A DNA stretch of 64,000 nt from Escherichia phage FL04. Shown here piece after piece: positions 35,767 through 45,564 of this stretch (position 1 is the first letter of the stretch; each line of letters begins with the position of its first letter). The position numbers were made by a program, and so were the translations under genes. A model generated the notes under the pieces. That model saw only the letters and a list, made by a program, of their open reading frames with translations, was not told where the DNA came from and searched no databases. The stretch is taken from the sequence record PP358550; one strand, given 5' to 3'.

Positions 35767-36522
35767 ATGAAACTGTTTGCTTTTAAATCTAACGAAGAAT
35801 TGGCGCTGGTTGTTTTCCGGCTGAACTCTATCATGGCTGGCGCTTCACGTCGCAACAAAGACTTCTCTATGAGCTTAGTCACTGTTCGTAACATTTACCG
35901 TCAGACTCATTGTGTCTATTCAGGTGAGGCTTTCGGTGAAGGTGATGACGGACTCTCCTTAGAGCGCATTGATTGCAATCTGGGATATGTTGATGGCAAT
36001 GTAATTCCGGTTAAACTGAAATACAATTCTTTCCGTGGCAATCACACTATCGAATCTCTTAAAGAGATCCAAGAACTAGGAACTAACGGTAAACTTTCTG
36101 ATGATGAAATTGCCCTACGTGCGAAGTACATCGAGTGGATCGAACTTAACGAGAATCGCATCAAAAATCAGGAAATGGCAATCGAAGAAAAGAAATTAGC
36201 AATCGAGCGCCACAAAAAGCACAACGAACCGGAGAAAGCAGAGGCAGCCGAGCGAGCGATTAAAAATACTCTCTTCCGTATGGAAGAACGTTATCAGAAA
36301 ATTGCAGATCTCAAGCAAGCCCTTAGCGAAATCAACAAGAAAGAAGAAAAACTTAAGGCTATTGCAAACAATACCGAAATCGTGCTAAAATATACCAGCG
36401 TTTTGATTGAATCTCTTTCTAAGTATGAGAACTTAACGCCAGCACAAAAAGAACGCGTGAAATACGGGCTTCCGATTGATGCGTCGTGGATTGAATTGAT
36501 GAAAGCGAAGGTAGGTTTATAA
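35767..36522 (+). CDS. hypothetical protein (position and size comparable to T4 srd)
   Basis: 251 aa; C-terminal half predicted coiled coil. Confidence 0.5.
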   Translation: MKLFAFKSNEELALVVFRLNSIMAGASRRNKDFSMSLVTVRNIYRQTHCVYSGEAFGEGDDGLSLERIDCNLGYVDGNVIPVKLKYNSFRGNHTIESLKEIQELGTNGKLSDDEIALRAKYIEWIELNENRIKNQEMAIEEKKLAIERHKKHNEPEKAEAAERAIKNTLFRMEERYQKIADLKQALSEINKKEEKLKAIANNTEIVLKYTSVLIESLSKYENLTPAQKERVKYGLPIDASWIELMKAKVGL

Positions 36523-36836
36523 TGCATGTATTTGCTGTATGTTATCGTGATAAAGACGGATTCTTTCAATACTCAGTGGACGCGAAAGGTCGCGTCCTAA
36601 CTTGCGAAACACATGATGCTGCGTTAGCGTCAATGTGTGATCAGATAGATTATTGTGAGAGTCTATTGGCGGGTGAACCGAAATACAAGGTTGTACCTAA
36701 ACGAAAATTTGGCATAATCCGGTCTTCTGAAATTGTTCGGGATGGTATAGAATATAAAATTCCTGAATATGAAAAAGAACGGGTACGGCGAGAACTCAAT
36801 ACTATCTGTGTTCGCAAGGTGAGGATTTTAGGATAA
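36522..36836 (+). CDS. hypothetical protein
   Basis: ORF immediately upstream of dda. Confidence 0.5.
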   Translation: MHVFAVCYRDKDGFFQYSVDAKGRVLTCETHDAALASMCDQIDYCESLLAGEPKYKVVPKRKFGIIRSSEIVRDGIEYKIPEYEKERVRRELNTICVRKVRILG

Positions 36837-38227
36837 TGAGCAGAGTATTAACTTTCGATATGTTAACAGACGGGCAAAAACATGCTTTTGATGTTCTAAT
36901 GAAACGCATTGAACAAAAGAAGCATACAACTGTCCGGGGTGCGGCGGGTACTGGTAAAACCGCAATGATGAAATTCATTGTTCAGGAAATGGTCCGCCGT
37001 GGTGTAACTGGTGTGGTTTTGGCAACGCCTACCCACCAGGCTAAAAAAGTTTTGAGTAAAGCGGTAGGTCGTCAAGCATTTACTTTACATGCACTACTGC
37101 GACTAAACCCGACCAACTATGAAGATACTCAAGTATTTGAGCAAAAAGATACTCCTAAGCTAGATGATGTTCAGATCATCATTGTTGATGAAGCGAGTAT
37201 GGTCGATAAGAAACTATTTGATATTCTCATGAAGAGTATCAACGGTCGAATTGTTATTATTGCCGTGGGTGATCTGTACCAGTTACGACCAGTTGATCCG
37301 AGCGGTGCAACGTCGATCTCTCCTTTCTTCACCGATGAAAGGTTTCAGAATGTAGAACTTACAGAGATTAAACGATCTAATGCGCCAATAATTGATGTGG
37401 CGACCGCTGTCCGTAATGGTAAATGGGTATTCGAAAAGCAGTGCGGTAACGAGGGTGTATTCCATAGCTCAACTCTGCCGGAGTTTATGAAGCATTATTT
37501 CGAAACCGTTAAAACGCCGGAAGACCTTCTAGAAAACCGTATTCTGGCCTACACTAACAAGAGCGTCGAAAAACTCAATGAAATTGTGCGTAAGCGCGTT
37601 TATAACACCGATGAACCAGTGATTGTAGATGAAATTCTGGTTACTCAGGAACCATTGATCGAATATCTGCGAGATGAACGCGGGAAGAAGATTCCCAATG
37701 TTATTTTTAACAATGGTGAGATGATCCGAGTTAAAGAGGTCATCCCGCGTGAATTTACATTACGTTGCACGGGTGTAGATCCGCAACCAGTTTTAGGATA
37801 TACTCTGAAAGTGGAAAGCGTCGATGATGACGAAGACAAAGAAATCCTAAATCAGAAAGTCGGTTTAGATGCAGTCGGAATAACTACAGATAAACCAGAT
37901 TTAGTAGAAATCAACATTCTGACAGAACAACGTCAGAAGAACATTTTCTCTATCTATCTGAATACGGTCGCCGGACAATATCGCGAAATGAAGAAAGAGA
38001 ATCCGAATTTTAAACCGGATTGGGATTCTTTCTGGACGATGAAGCGTATGTTCTTGAATGTAAAAGCATTACCAGCTTGCACTATTCATAAGTCACAAGG
38101 AATCAGCGTAGACCGCGTGTTCCTGTATACCCCTTGCATGTGTACAGATAATGTTGACTTTGAATTGGCAATGCAGTTATTATATGTGGGTGTTACCCGT
38201 GCACGGTATCGTGTAGACTATATTTGA
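36836..38227 (+). CDS. dda: SF1 DNA helicase Dda
   Basis: Walker A GAAGTGKT, strong similarity to T4 Dda across the length. Confidence 0.95.
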   Translation: MSRVLTFDMLTDGQKHAFDVLMKRIEQKKHTTVRGAAGTGKTAMMKFIVQEMVRRGVTGVVLATPTHQAKKVLSKAVGRQAFTLHALLRLNPTNYEDTQVFEQKDTPKLDDVQIIIVDEASMVDKKLFDILMKSINGRIVIIAVGDLYQLRPVDPSGATSISPFFTDERFQNVELTEIKRSNAPIIDVATAVRNGKWVFEKQCGNEGVFHSSTLPEFMKHYFETVKTPEDLLENRILAYTNKSVEKLNEIVRKRVYNTDEPVIVDEILVTQEPLIEYLRDERGKKIPNVIFNNGEMIRVKEVIPREFTLRCTGVDPQPVLGYTLKVESVDDDEDKEILNQKVGLDAVGITTDKPDLVEINILTEQRQKNIFSIYLNTVAGQYREMKKENPNFKPDWDSFWTMKRMFLNVKALPACTIHKSQGISVDRVFLYTPCMCTDNVDFELAMQLLYVGVTRARYRVDYI

Positions 38228-38238
38228 GGAATATTATT

Positions 38239-38406
38239 ATGATTATGCGAAGTATCCCAGAATTTGACGAAGTGAAAGTATCGTATCATGGCGAATGTGT
38301 ATACATGCATTTCAGGTGGGGTAACTACGGATGGGGTATATCTGGAATCAGCGAGGCCGATTGTATTAATTCCATGATAGATCACTTCACTAAGCGGGGT
38401 TACTGA
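38239..38406 (+). CDS. hypothetical small protein
   Basis: ATG 38239 after GAGGAATATTATT. Confidence 0.4.
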   Translation: MIMRSIPEFDEVKVSYHGECVYMHFRWGNYGWGISGISEADCINSMIDHFTKRGY

Positions 38407-38407
38407 T

Positions 38408-38647
38408 ATGATGATTATTGATGAACTTGATAAACTGTTATGTTTAGATGCCATCGTAACATTCCATCGTGATAAAATTCACGCTGATTATGCACAACAT
38501 GTAATGTCTTTTCGACATAAAGTACAGTCGGTACAGGCGATGGAAAGTTTACTGATTAATGTTTGCAATTATCGGTCAACCAAATGCAATCTAGTGTTAG
38601 ATAAAAACGATCTGGAGTTATTCCGGCACATCGCGGAGGATATTTAA
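38408..38647 (+). CDS. hypothetical protein
   Basis: ORF. Confidence 0.5.
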   Translation: MMIIDELDKLLCLDAIVTFHRDKIHADYAQHVMSFRHKVQSVQAMESLLINVCNYRSTKCNLVLDKNDLELFRHIAEDI

Positions 38648-38648
38648 A

Positions 38649-39317
38649 ATGCTTCCAGTGGATTTAATGATTGACTTTGAAAGTTTAGGTTATCCGCCTG
38701 ATGGGGCGGTTATCAATATGGCGGCAATCGGATTTAAAGAAGATCCGCACAATCCACCTACATTTAAAGAACTGGTCGACAATTCCTTTCTGGTAAAATT
38801 TGATATTCCTTCCCAGAAAGGTGTAAGGGTGTTTGATCATGGTGTGGTTGAATGGTGGAAGAATACCGCCTCAGAAGGCATGAGAAAGCAATTAATCACA
38901 AATGGTACGGAAGTATCAACTAAAGAAGGTTTAGCGCGTTTTAACGCATTCTGTGAAGCCGTAGGAGTAGATCCGGTTAAATCCGTAATGTGGTCACGCG
39001 GTAATGCGTTTGATATTCCGTTACTAGTTGATATGATCCGCCGTGCACACAATACACGAGAGACGTTCAGCCTTGAACCTGTGCGATTCTGGAATATCCG
39101 AGATGTTCGCACCGCCATTGAGCGTACATTGATGCATCGCGGGATGTGTGAGTGTCCGTTACCAATGGGTACGCTAGATGGTTTTATCGCACATGATGCA
39201 ATTCATGATTGCGCTCGCGATATTCTTATGCTAATCTATGCACAACGTTATGCTATGGGTCTGGAAGACCTACCAGAAAATCCAGATCCAAATTCAGTTA
39301 AGAAACAAAGGGGATAA
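38649..39317 (+). CDS. dexA: exonuclease A (DnaQ-like 3'-5' exonuclease)
   Basis: Strong similarity to T4 DexA (IDFE..G, KFD..SQKG, EWWKN, TLDGF.AHD.IHDCA.DILM..YA.RYAMGLED). Confidence 0.9.
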   Translation: MLPVDLMIDFESLGYPPDGAVINMAAIGFKEDPHNPPTFKELVDNSFLVKFDIPSQKGVRVFDHGVVEWWKNTASEGMRKQLITNGTEVSTKEGLARFNAFCEAVGVDPVKSVMWSRGNAFDIPLLVDMIRRAHNTRETFSLEPVRFWNIRDVRTAIERTLMHRGMCECPLPMGTLDGFIAHDAIHDCARDILMLIYAQRYAMGLEDLPENPDPNSVKKQRG

Positions 39318-39318
39318 T

Positions 39319-39492
39319 ATGCCATTATACGATTATTCTTGTGAAGAACACGGTCAATTTCAGAAAATCCGCAAAATTTCCGAACGTGAAAAGGCAGAAT
39401 GCCCTGAATGTGGTAAAGAATGCAAACAGGGATTAACTGCCCCGCGCGGTATTAATGGCGGGTACTATGATAAAAATGTGCGCGTGTCATGA
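39319..39492 (+). CDS. small zinc-ribbon protein
   Basis: ATG 39319 after GGGGATAAT; C..H ... CPEC arrangement. Confidence 0.5.
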   Translation: MPLYDYSCEEHGQFQKIRKISEREKAECPECGKECKQGLTAPRGINGGYYDKNVRVS

Positions 39493-39595
39493 GTCATATA
39501 CTTGACAATCACTCAATTTTTAATATGATTGTTGCAGCCGTCTTTGTGGCGGTTGCAGTAAGTTATGGTTATGTTATGTATTGGAGAGAGAAAAA

Positions 39596-40324
39596 GTGAA
39601 CATCAAAAAGTTTATTGTTGATGTTCTGGAGGCGAAAAGCGGAAATAGACTAAACTCAAATCTTTTTAAAGAAAATAAAATTCCAGAAATGGAAAAATTG
39701 TATCCTGCGGAATTTCAGATTATAAGGAATGAGTTTAAGTTCTGTAATGGAGGTCTCAGAAATCAACAACCATATAACGAGGCTGTTTATAGATTGCGCC
39801 ACGGAATAACAGGAAGAGTTAAATGTGCAAGATGCCCAAATCCTGTAAATTATCATACATACTCTAGAGGCTATCATAAATTTTGCTGTTCTCGTTGCGC
39901 ATCGTTGGACCAGGCACAAAACATAAAGATTGAACGAGAATGCGCTAAATGTGGTAAACCATTTGTTGCAATAAACGTATCTCAAAAGTATTGTTCTGAT
40001 GAGTGTCGATTGTTCGAGAAGCGAGAGCGAGAACTAGATAGGCCATATCATCATGCCGAAAATGGTATAAAAATATCAAAAAGAGAAGCGTTAGAAATTT
40101 TAGGCAGAGTTGACAATTGCGAGATATGCGGTGTAAAATTCATAAATGAACGATGCGGCGTGAGAAAACGCCAAAAGTGGAAACATCTTGACCATAATCA
40201 TAAGACTGGTAAGATAAGAGGTGTTCTTTGTGGAAAATGTAATGCCGGATTAGGGATGTTCAAAGACGATCCTCAAAGATTATATGCGGCATTGGAATAC
40301 CTGAAACGAACTGACGGAGAATGA
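39596..40324 (+). CDS. HNH-type endonuclease with Endonuclease VII-like catalytic domain and N-terminal multi-CxxC region
   Basis: GTG start after GGAGAGAG; C-terminal HLDHNHKTGKIRGVLCGKCN matches EndoVII motif; several CxxC pairs; visibly AT-richer than flanks. Confidence 0.7.
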   Translation: MNIKKFIVDVLEAKSGNRLNSNLFKENKIPEMEKLYPAEFQIIRNEFKFCNGGLRNQQPYNEAVYRLRHGITGRVKCARCPNPVNYHTYSRGYHKFCCSRCASLDQAQNIKIERECAKCGKPFVAINVSQKYCSDECRLFEKRERELDRPYHHAENGIKISKREALEILGRVDNCEICGVKFINERCGVRKRQKWKHLDHNHKTGKIRGVLCGKCNAGLGMFKDDPQRLYAALEYLKRTDGE

Positions 40325-40330
40325 TATAAT

Positions 40331-42154
40331 ATGTCTGAATTTTTGCTGTTAGATGATCGCGCTCACTGTCTTAAGAGACCTTCAATGTACATCGGGTCAA
40401 CGACTTATGAATCACACAATCGTTTCCTATTTGGAAAATGGACCAAAGTTTCATACGTTCCTGGTCTAGTTAAAATTATTGATGAAATTATCGACAATTC
40501 TGTAGACGAGGCGATCCGCACTAATTTTGAGTACGCTAATGTTATTAGTGTGGATATAAAAGATAACATTGTGTCAGTAACAGATAATGGTCGCGGTATT
40601 CCGCAACATATTGTTACGACGCCAGAAGGGAAACAGATTCCACAACCAGTTGCTGCATGGACACGAGCTAAAGCAGGGTCTAACTTTGATGATACAAATC
40701 GTGTTACTATGGGTATGAATGGGATCGGAAGCGCGCTCACATCATTTTTCTCGTCCTGGTTTACTGGTGTGACGTGTGACGGAGAGAATGAACTGACCGT
40801 TCAATGTACCAATGGTGCAGAAAATATTAGCTGGTCATCTAAGCCGTCAAAACTGAAAGGAACTAAGGTTACGTTCTGCCCCGATTTCGATCATTTTGAA
40901 GGTATGATCATGTCACAAGAAATTTCAGATGTAATTTGTGACCGTATGTATTCCTTAAGTGTAATCTTTCCTAAGATCACGTTTAAGTTTAATGGCAAAA
41001 AGATAACCAGCAAATTCAAGGATTATGCTAAACTATACAATGATGATCCGTTTGTCATTGAAGATAAAAACTTTTCACTTGCCCTAGTTCCTGCGGTTGA
41101 AGGTGAAGGTTTTAAATCAGTATCATTTGCTAATGGTCTGTTTACCAAAAACGGGGGAACACACGTTGATTATGTGACAGATGATCTTTGTGAAGAGATT
41201 GTAAAACGAATCAAGAAAGAATATAAGGTTGATGTTACTAAAGCTGCGGTTAAGTCTGGATTGACCTGTATTCTTATTGTTCGTGAATTGCCAAACCTCC
41301 GTTTTGATTCACAGACAAAAGAACGATTGACTAATCCAACTGGTGATATCAAGCGTCATATTGATCTTGATTTTAAAAAACTGGCTAAAGTCATTGCGAA
41401 GAAAGAAAACATTATCATGCCTATTATTGCTGTAGTCCTGGCACGCAAAGAGGCAGCAGATAAAGCGGCAGCGACTAAGGCAGCAAAGGCAGCGAAACGG
41501 GCTAAGGTGGCAAAACACGTTAAAGCTAACCTTATTGGAACTGACGCAGAAACTACCCTGTTTTTGACGGAAGGTGATTCCGCGATCAACTATCTGATCT
41601 CTGTACGTGATCAAGATTTACATGGCGGTTTCCCGTTGCGAGGCAAAACTCTTACAACGTGGGAACAACCGGAGGCAAAGATCGTTAAGAACGCCGAAAT
41701 TTTTAACATCATGGCGATCACTGGCTTGCAATTTGGTGTTGATGCATTGGAAGTTATGCAATACAAAAATATTGCGATTATGACAGACGCTGATACTGAC
41801 GGGATTGGGTCTATTAAGCCTAGTCTGATCTCTTTCTTTGCACGTTGGCCTGAATTGTTCGAAGATGGACGAATCCGGTTTATCAAAACACCTATTATCA
41901 TTGCGGAACCAAAGAAAGGTGATGATGTTCGATGGTATTATGACCTAGAAGATTTTGAGAACGACCGAGATAATATCAAAGGTTATAGCATTCGATATAT
42001 CAAAGGGTTAGCATCGCTTACAGAATCAGATTATCATCGCGTGATCAACGATCCTGTAATGGAAATCATCACGTTACCGGAAAACTATAAAGAGCTATTC
42101 GATTTGCTCTATAGTGAAGATGCAGATCAGCGCAAAATTTGGATGCAATCATAA
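40331..42154 (+). CDS. 39: DNA topoisomerase II large subunit (GyrB-like), fused 39+60 type
   Basis: 607 aa; ATPase motifs (IDNSVDE, GRGIP, GLHG); continuous ORF without the T4 gene 60 split. Confidence 0.95.
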   Translation: MSEFLLLDDRAHCLKRPSMYIGSTTYESHNRFLFGKWTKVSYVPGLVKIIDEIIDNSVDEAIRTNFEYANVISVDIKDNIVSVTDNGRGIPQHIVTTPEGKQIPQPVAAWTRAKAGSNFDDTNRVTMGMNGIGSALTSFFSSWFTGVTCDGENELTVQCTNGAENISWSSKPSKLKGTKVTFCPDFDHFEGMIMSQEISDVICDRMYSLSVIFPKITFKFNGKKITSKFKDYAKLYNDDPFVIEDKNFSLALVPAVEGEGFKSVSFANGLFTKNGGTHVDYVTDDLCEEIVKRIKKEYKVDVTKAAVKSGLTCILIVRELPNLRFDSQTKERLTNPTGDIKRHIDLDFKKLAKVIAKKENIIMPIIAVVLARKEAADKAAATKAAKAAKRAKVAKHVKANLIGTDAETTLFLTEGDSAINYLISVRDQDLHGGFPLRGKTLTTWEQPEAKIVKNAEIFNIMAITGLQFGVDALEVMQYKNIAIMTDADTDGIGSIKPSLISFFARWPELFEDGRIRFIKTPIIIAEPKKGDDVRWYYDLEDFENDRDNIKGYSIRYIKGLASLTESDYHRVINDPVMEIITLPENYKELFDLLYSEDADQRKIWMQS

Positions 42155-42157
42155 CAC

Positions 42158-42185
42158 TTGACATACAAGGGAGATTCTCTATAAT
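42158..42185 (+). promoter_or_regulatory. sigma70-type promoter with dyad GGGAGAtTCtC/GaGTCTCCC around -10
   Basis: TTGACA 42158-42163, spacer 16, TATAAT 42180-42185; palindrome 42169-42196. Confidence 0.55.
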
Positions 42186-42219
42186 GGGAGTCTCCCTTTT
42201 CTTTTATGAGGATTTAATA

Positions 42220-42519
42220 ATGAGCAAAAAGAATAACATGATGATGAGTATGGCAAAGTTCATGGAAGCAGACCTGATCAAAAATACAGTACAGCATGAA
42301 CGCCAGAGAGAAGCCGCAGTGATTGCAGAACAAGGTTTTCAGGTTATCCACAATCCACCTAAAGACACGGTTAAATCGAAATACAGAGACGATCTGAAAG
42401 ACCATGAAGTACGGGAACTGGTTAATGATCTGCGTGACATTGCCATCAAATATCATGGTTATCAGTGCTTACGAGAACTGATCGCAGAGCGAGTAATGGA
42501 TGCATTGAAAAAAGATTAA
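42220..42519 (+). CDS. hypothetical protein
   Basis: ATG 42220 after GAGGATTTAATA. Confidence 0.55.
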   Translation: MSKKNNMMMSMAKFMEADLIKNTVQHERQREAAVIAEQGFQVIHNPPKDTVKSKYRDDLKDHEVRELVNDLRDIAIKYHGYQCLRELIAERVMDALKKD

Positions 42520-42526
42520 AAATCTG

Positions 42527-42555
42527 TTGACACTGGATCGGGGATATATCATAAT
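42527..42555 (+). promoter_or_regulatory. sigma70-type promoter with GGGGA/TCCCC dyad
   Basis: TTGACA 42527-42532, spacer 17, CATAAT 42550-42555; GATC at 42536-42539. Confidence 0.5.
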
Positions 42556-42585
42556 GTCCCCATCGAAAACAAAAGGTTGACTTAT

Positions 42586-42780
42586 ATGAAACCGTTTAAG
42601 AATGAAGAAACTCAAAAATTTTGTGAAAAAATTGCAGAAATCTACTTGACAGGGAATAAGGAAAAAGCTAATATTATGTTCAAAGAGTCGGTTTCCATGA
42701 TGAAAGTAGCACGCTGGGAACTGATCGCAATGCAAGACCAAATTCGTTATCTAGTAACAAAGGAGAATCAAAATGCGTAA
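42586..42780 (+). CDS. hypothetical protein
   Basis: ATG 42586. Confidence 0.45.
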   Translation: MKPFKNEETQKFCEKIAEIYLTGNKEKANIMFKESVSMMKVARWELIAMQDQIRYLVTKENQNA

Positions 42781-42967
42781 CCATTACATCGAACTGGCAA
42801 GCCGTAAAGTTTCAGACCTGAAAGGCGTAATTGCTTACTATGAAGAAGTCCTGAAAAACAAAATTGCTGATTGGGAACGTAAAGAATACAGCAAGTGCTT
42901 AGAGAAAAGCCGCGCTGAACTGGTTGACGCAGAAGCCCATCTGCAATGGGTAATTGAAAATGTATAA
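42773..42967 (+). CDS. hypothetical protein
   Basis: AAGGAGAATCAAA-ATG. Confidence 0.5.
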   Translation: MRNHYIELASRKVSDLKGVIAYYEEVLKNKIADWERKEYSKCLEKSRAELVDAEAHLQWVIENV

Positions 42968-42978
42968 GGAGTAGAAAA

Positions 42979-43236
42979 ATGAGTCGAAGTTTTGATTTTA
43001 TGATCGCCAAGTGTCATCGAGAAAAGAAATCGATGGACCTGTTTATGAAATGTCTGAGGTATGAATATGCACACCTTCGTAAACACAAAATTGATCCGCA
43101 AGTTTCCTACGAAAACATCAAGAAATATGCGAAAGAAGTGATTGACAACGATTGCACCGTGACATATAATGCGTTTATTGATTTATGGGCGTGGGATGTA
43201 ATCTACGCAGAGATGGACAAAGAAGATTTTAATTAA
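42979..43236 (+). CDS. hypothetical protein
   Basis: AAGGAG RBS. Confidence 0.5.
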   Translation: MSRSFDFMIAKCHREKKSMDLFMKCLRYEYAHLRKHKIDPQVSYENIKKYAKEVIDNDCTVTYNAFIDLWAWDVIYAEMDKEDFN

Positions 43237-43250
43237 GTGAGGATTATATT

Positions 43251-45359
43251 ATGAAAATGCATATTGATAATGAAGAAGTATTTGGCAGTGACTTGAGCGG
43301 TGCGGTTGATTTTTCTCTGAAAGCAAGTAGCAAGGCTTTTATGGTGCTTTCTAAAAACACTTATCAATATTGTGAACGTGCTTGTGTCCGTGAGTATTCA
43401 TGTAATGCCACCGACACCCACAAAGAAGCCGGAACCTTAGATCGTCCGTTTGACATTCATTTACCGACTGCAATCGAACCGTATTTTTCTGTGCGCGATT
43501 ATGGTACTGGTATTCCGTCTAAGAAAGAATTAGAACAACTGTTTACGGTTTACTTTGAATCAACAAAAGACCAGACTAATGATTATATCGGATCTTTTGG
43601 TTTAGGTGCGAAGTCTGCTTATAGCTATACCGACACCTTTACAATCGTAAACTATTACAATGGTCGCGCTTATGGCTTTACGGCATTTGTGCAAAACTCT
43701 ATGCCGAAAATGGTGCAGATTTTCGACGAACCGACCTGTGAAGACAATGGTCTGAAAATCACTATTCCGGTGAAAGAAAAAGACATTCAGACATGGCATC
43801 GAGAAGCGCAATTTGTACTGCGTCATTTTGGGGAACACAAACCGAATATCAATGCAATCGAAATTAATTATTTCCCTAGCTTTGATAATTATTATGTTTG
43901 TAATGGGCGTGATAACGATTCCTATGTAGTATATGCAATCATGGGTAAGATCCAGTATCCGATCCCGTATGAATATGTTCGCGGAACATGGTTAGAAGCT
44001 GTAAACCGCCAGCACCAGACCATTTACATTAATTTTGAGTTGGGTGATCTAGACCTTATGCCATCGCGTGAAGAAGTTCACTTGTCAATTGAGACTAAAG
44101 CGAACATCGAAAAACGCATTGCAGAAATCAATGAAATGATGTTGGAAAAGGTTAAAGAAAAGATCGCCAACATTAAAACAGAGCGTAAACTTGCGCAATT
44201 TATGAGCGAGTATTCATCGACTCAACGCAATATTATTAGCAAGATGGGTAAGATCGGACAATGGGATGATCCGGTAGCAATCTATAATAAGTTTGTGAAT
44301 GCGGGTAAAGATTCGCCTAATGACGTAGAAGGTCAGGTGTATACTCTGTATCGTACTCGTCACACAATCAGTAAATTGCGCCCTGCTTTCGTTAGCAGTC
44401 AATACAACATTACGCATTTTGTATGGATGCATAAAGAAGATATTCTGTGTGTAATTGATGATACCGATAAACCGAAACTGCGTGCACTGACTCTTAACGG
44501 CATGGTCCAGGAATACGGAATCAATAAAAAGGTACTGGTGTTCCGTCAGCGCAACGAAAAACATATGGAGACTTTCGAGTACATCAAACAGTATTATGAT
44601 GATTCTGAAATGACCGTGATTAAGGTATCAGAGGCCGATGATCTGCGTGCTAAAGCAGTTAAACCGGAGAAGACCGAGCGTACACAACGTGAAGCTACTC
44701 CCAAGCTGCCTAACGTGTATATTATGGAAAAGATTGGTGACAGTTGGCATAAAACCAGCCATCACATGAAAGCGGCAGAGATTCGCGAGTTATCAGGCTT
44801 GCACATGTTCCGCGTAGGTGATGCATTCGAAAGCCGTAGTCGTAAATCGATCTATAGTGAAAATACATTACATACGGCGCTTGACTACTTCGGGGTAACA
44901 AAGTATATTATTACTCGAAACGAGACACAAAAATATCTCGTTGACGAACAATTGGAATGTGCGCTAGAATTTGTTCGCGGTAAGCTGGCTGGTCTGGCTA
45001 AGAAGGTTAAGACCAATCATCTGGGGTATGGCGAATATCTGGGTGTGATCACTATGTTGTTTCATGACGATGAACTAGAACGCTGTGTTCCAGAATTTAT
45101 TGACAGACTGTACGGTCGTCATTATAATAAAGAGGTTTCCAAGTTACTCCTTCGTACTCGTTGGATTATGGACGAAGAAACTAAAAAGATCTGTGATGAA
45201 AAATTCACGGCAGCAAACGAACGAATTAAAGCAGTTTGTGCGAAGTTTAAAGAGAATAGCCCGTTACTGTATGATATTGTAGATAACTGGTATCGTATTC
45301 TGCACAACGACAAACGCGCACAAGACTTTATGAAACTGGTTAAGAATGTTAAATTTTAA
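43251..45359 (+). CDS. rIIA: rIIA protein (membrane-associated, GHKL ATPase-like N-domain)
   Basis: 702 aa; GSFGLGAKSAYSYTDTF and IMGKIQYPI regions match T4 rIIA; lies after gene 39 as in T4. Confidence 0.85.
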   Translation: MKMHIDNEEVFGSDLSGAVDFSLKASSKAFMVLSKNTYQYCERACVREYSCNATDTHKEAGTLDRPFDIHLPTAIEPYFSVRDYGTGIPSKKELEQLFTVYFESTKDQTNDYIGSFGLGAKSAYSYTDTFTIVNYYNGRAYGFTAFVQNSMPKMVQIFDEPTCEDNGLKITIPVKEKDIQTWHREAQFVLRHFGEHKPNINAIEINYFPSFDNYYVCNGRDNDSYVVYAIMGKIQYPIPYEYVRGTWLEAVNRQHQTIYINFELGDLDLMPSREEVHLSIETKANIEKRIAEINEMMLEKVKEKIANIKTERKLAQFMSEYSSTQRNIISKMGKIGQWDDPVAIYNKFVNAGKDSPNDVEGQVYTLYRTRHTISKLRPAFVSSQYNITHFVWMHKEDILCVIDDTDKPKLRALTLNGMVQEYGINKKVLVFRQRNEKHMETFEYIKQYYDDSEMTVIKVSEADDLRAKAVKPEKTERTQREATPKLPNVYIMEKIGDSWHKTSHHMKAAEIRELSGLHMFRVGDAFESRSRKSIYSENTLHTALDYFGVTKYIITRNETQKYLVDEQLECALEFVRGKLAGLAKKVKTNHLGYGEYLGVITMLFHDDELERCVPEFIDRLYGRHYNKEVSKLLLRTRWIMDEETKKICDEKFTAANERIKAVCAKFKENSPLLYDIVDNWYRILHNDKRAQDFMKLVKNVKF

Positions 45360-45370
45360 GAGGTGATATT

Positions 45371-45502
45371 ATGACTAAACTGACCGCTATCCAGAAAGAA
45401 ACCATCCGTAAACAATACGCTCGCGGCTTGACTAAAGGCGAACTGGCACGAATCTATAATGTATCAGACCGCACAATCCGCAAGGTTGTAGAAGCAAAAT
45501 AA
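45371..45502 (+). CDS. small helix-turn-helix DNA-binding protein
   Basis: 43-aa ORF below track cutoff; AAGAGGTGATATT-ATG; GLTKGELARIYNVSDRTIRKV is a classic HTH. Confidence 0.5.
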   Translation: MTKLTAIQKETIRKQYARGLTKGELARIYNVSDRTIRKVVEAK

Positions 45503-45514
45503 TTCTGGTATAAT
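45486..45514 (+). promoter_or_regulatory. candidate promoter (extended -10) for rIIB
   Basis: TTGTAG, spacer 17, TGGTATAAT ending 45514; GC-rich dyad 45524-45542 in leader. Confidence 0.4.
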
Positions 45515-45564
45515 GATGTGAATCGGGCGGCGATAGTCGCCCAACTAATAGAGGAATGAATACT

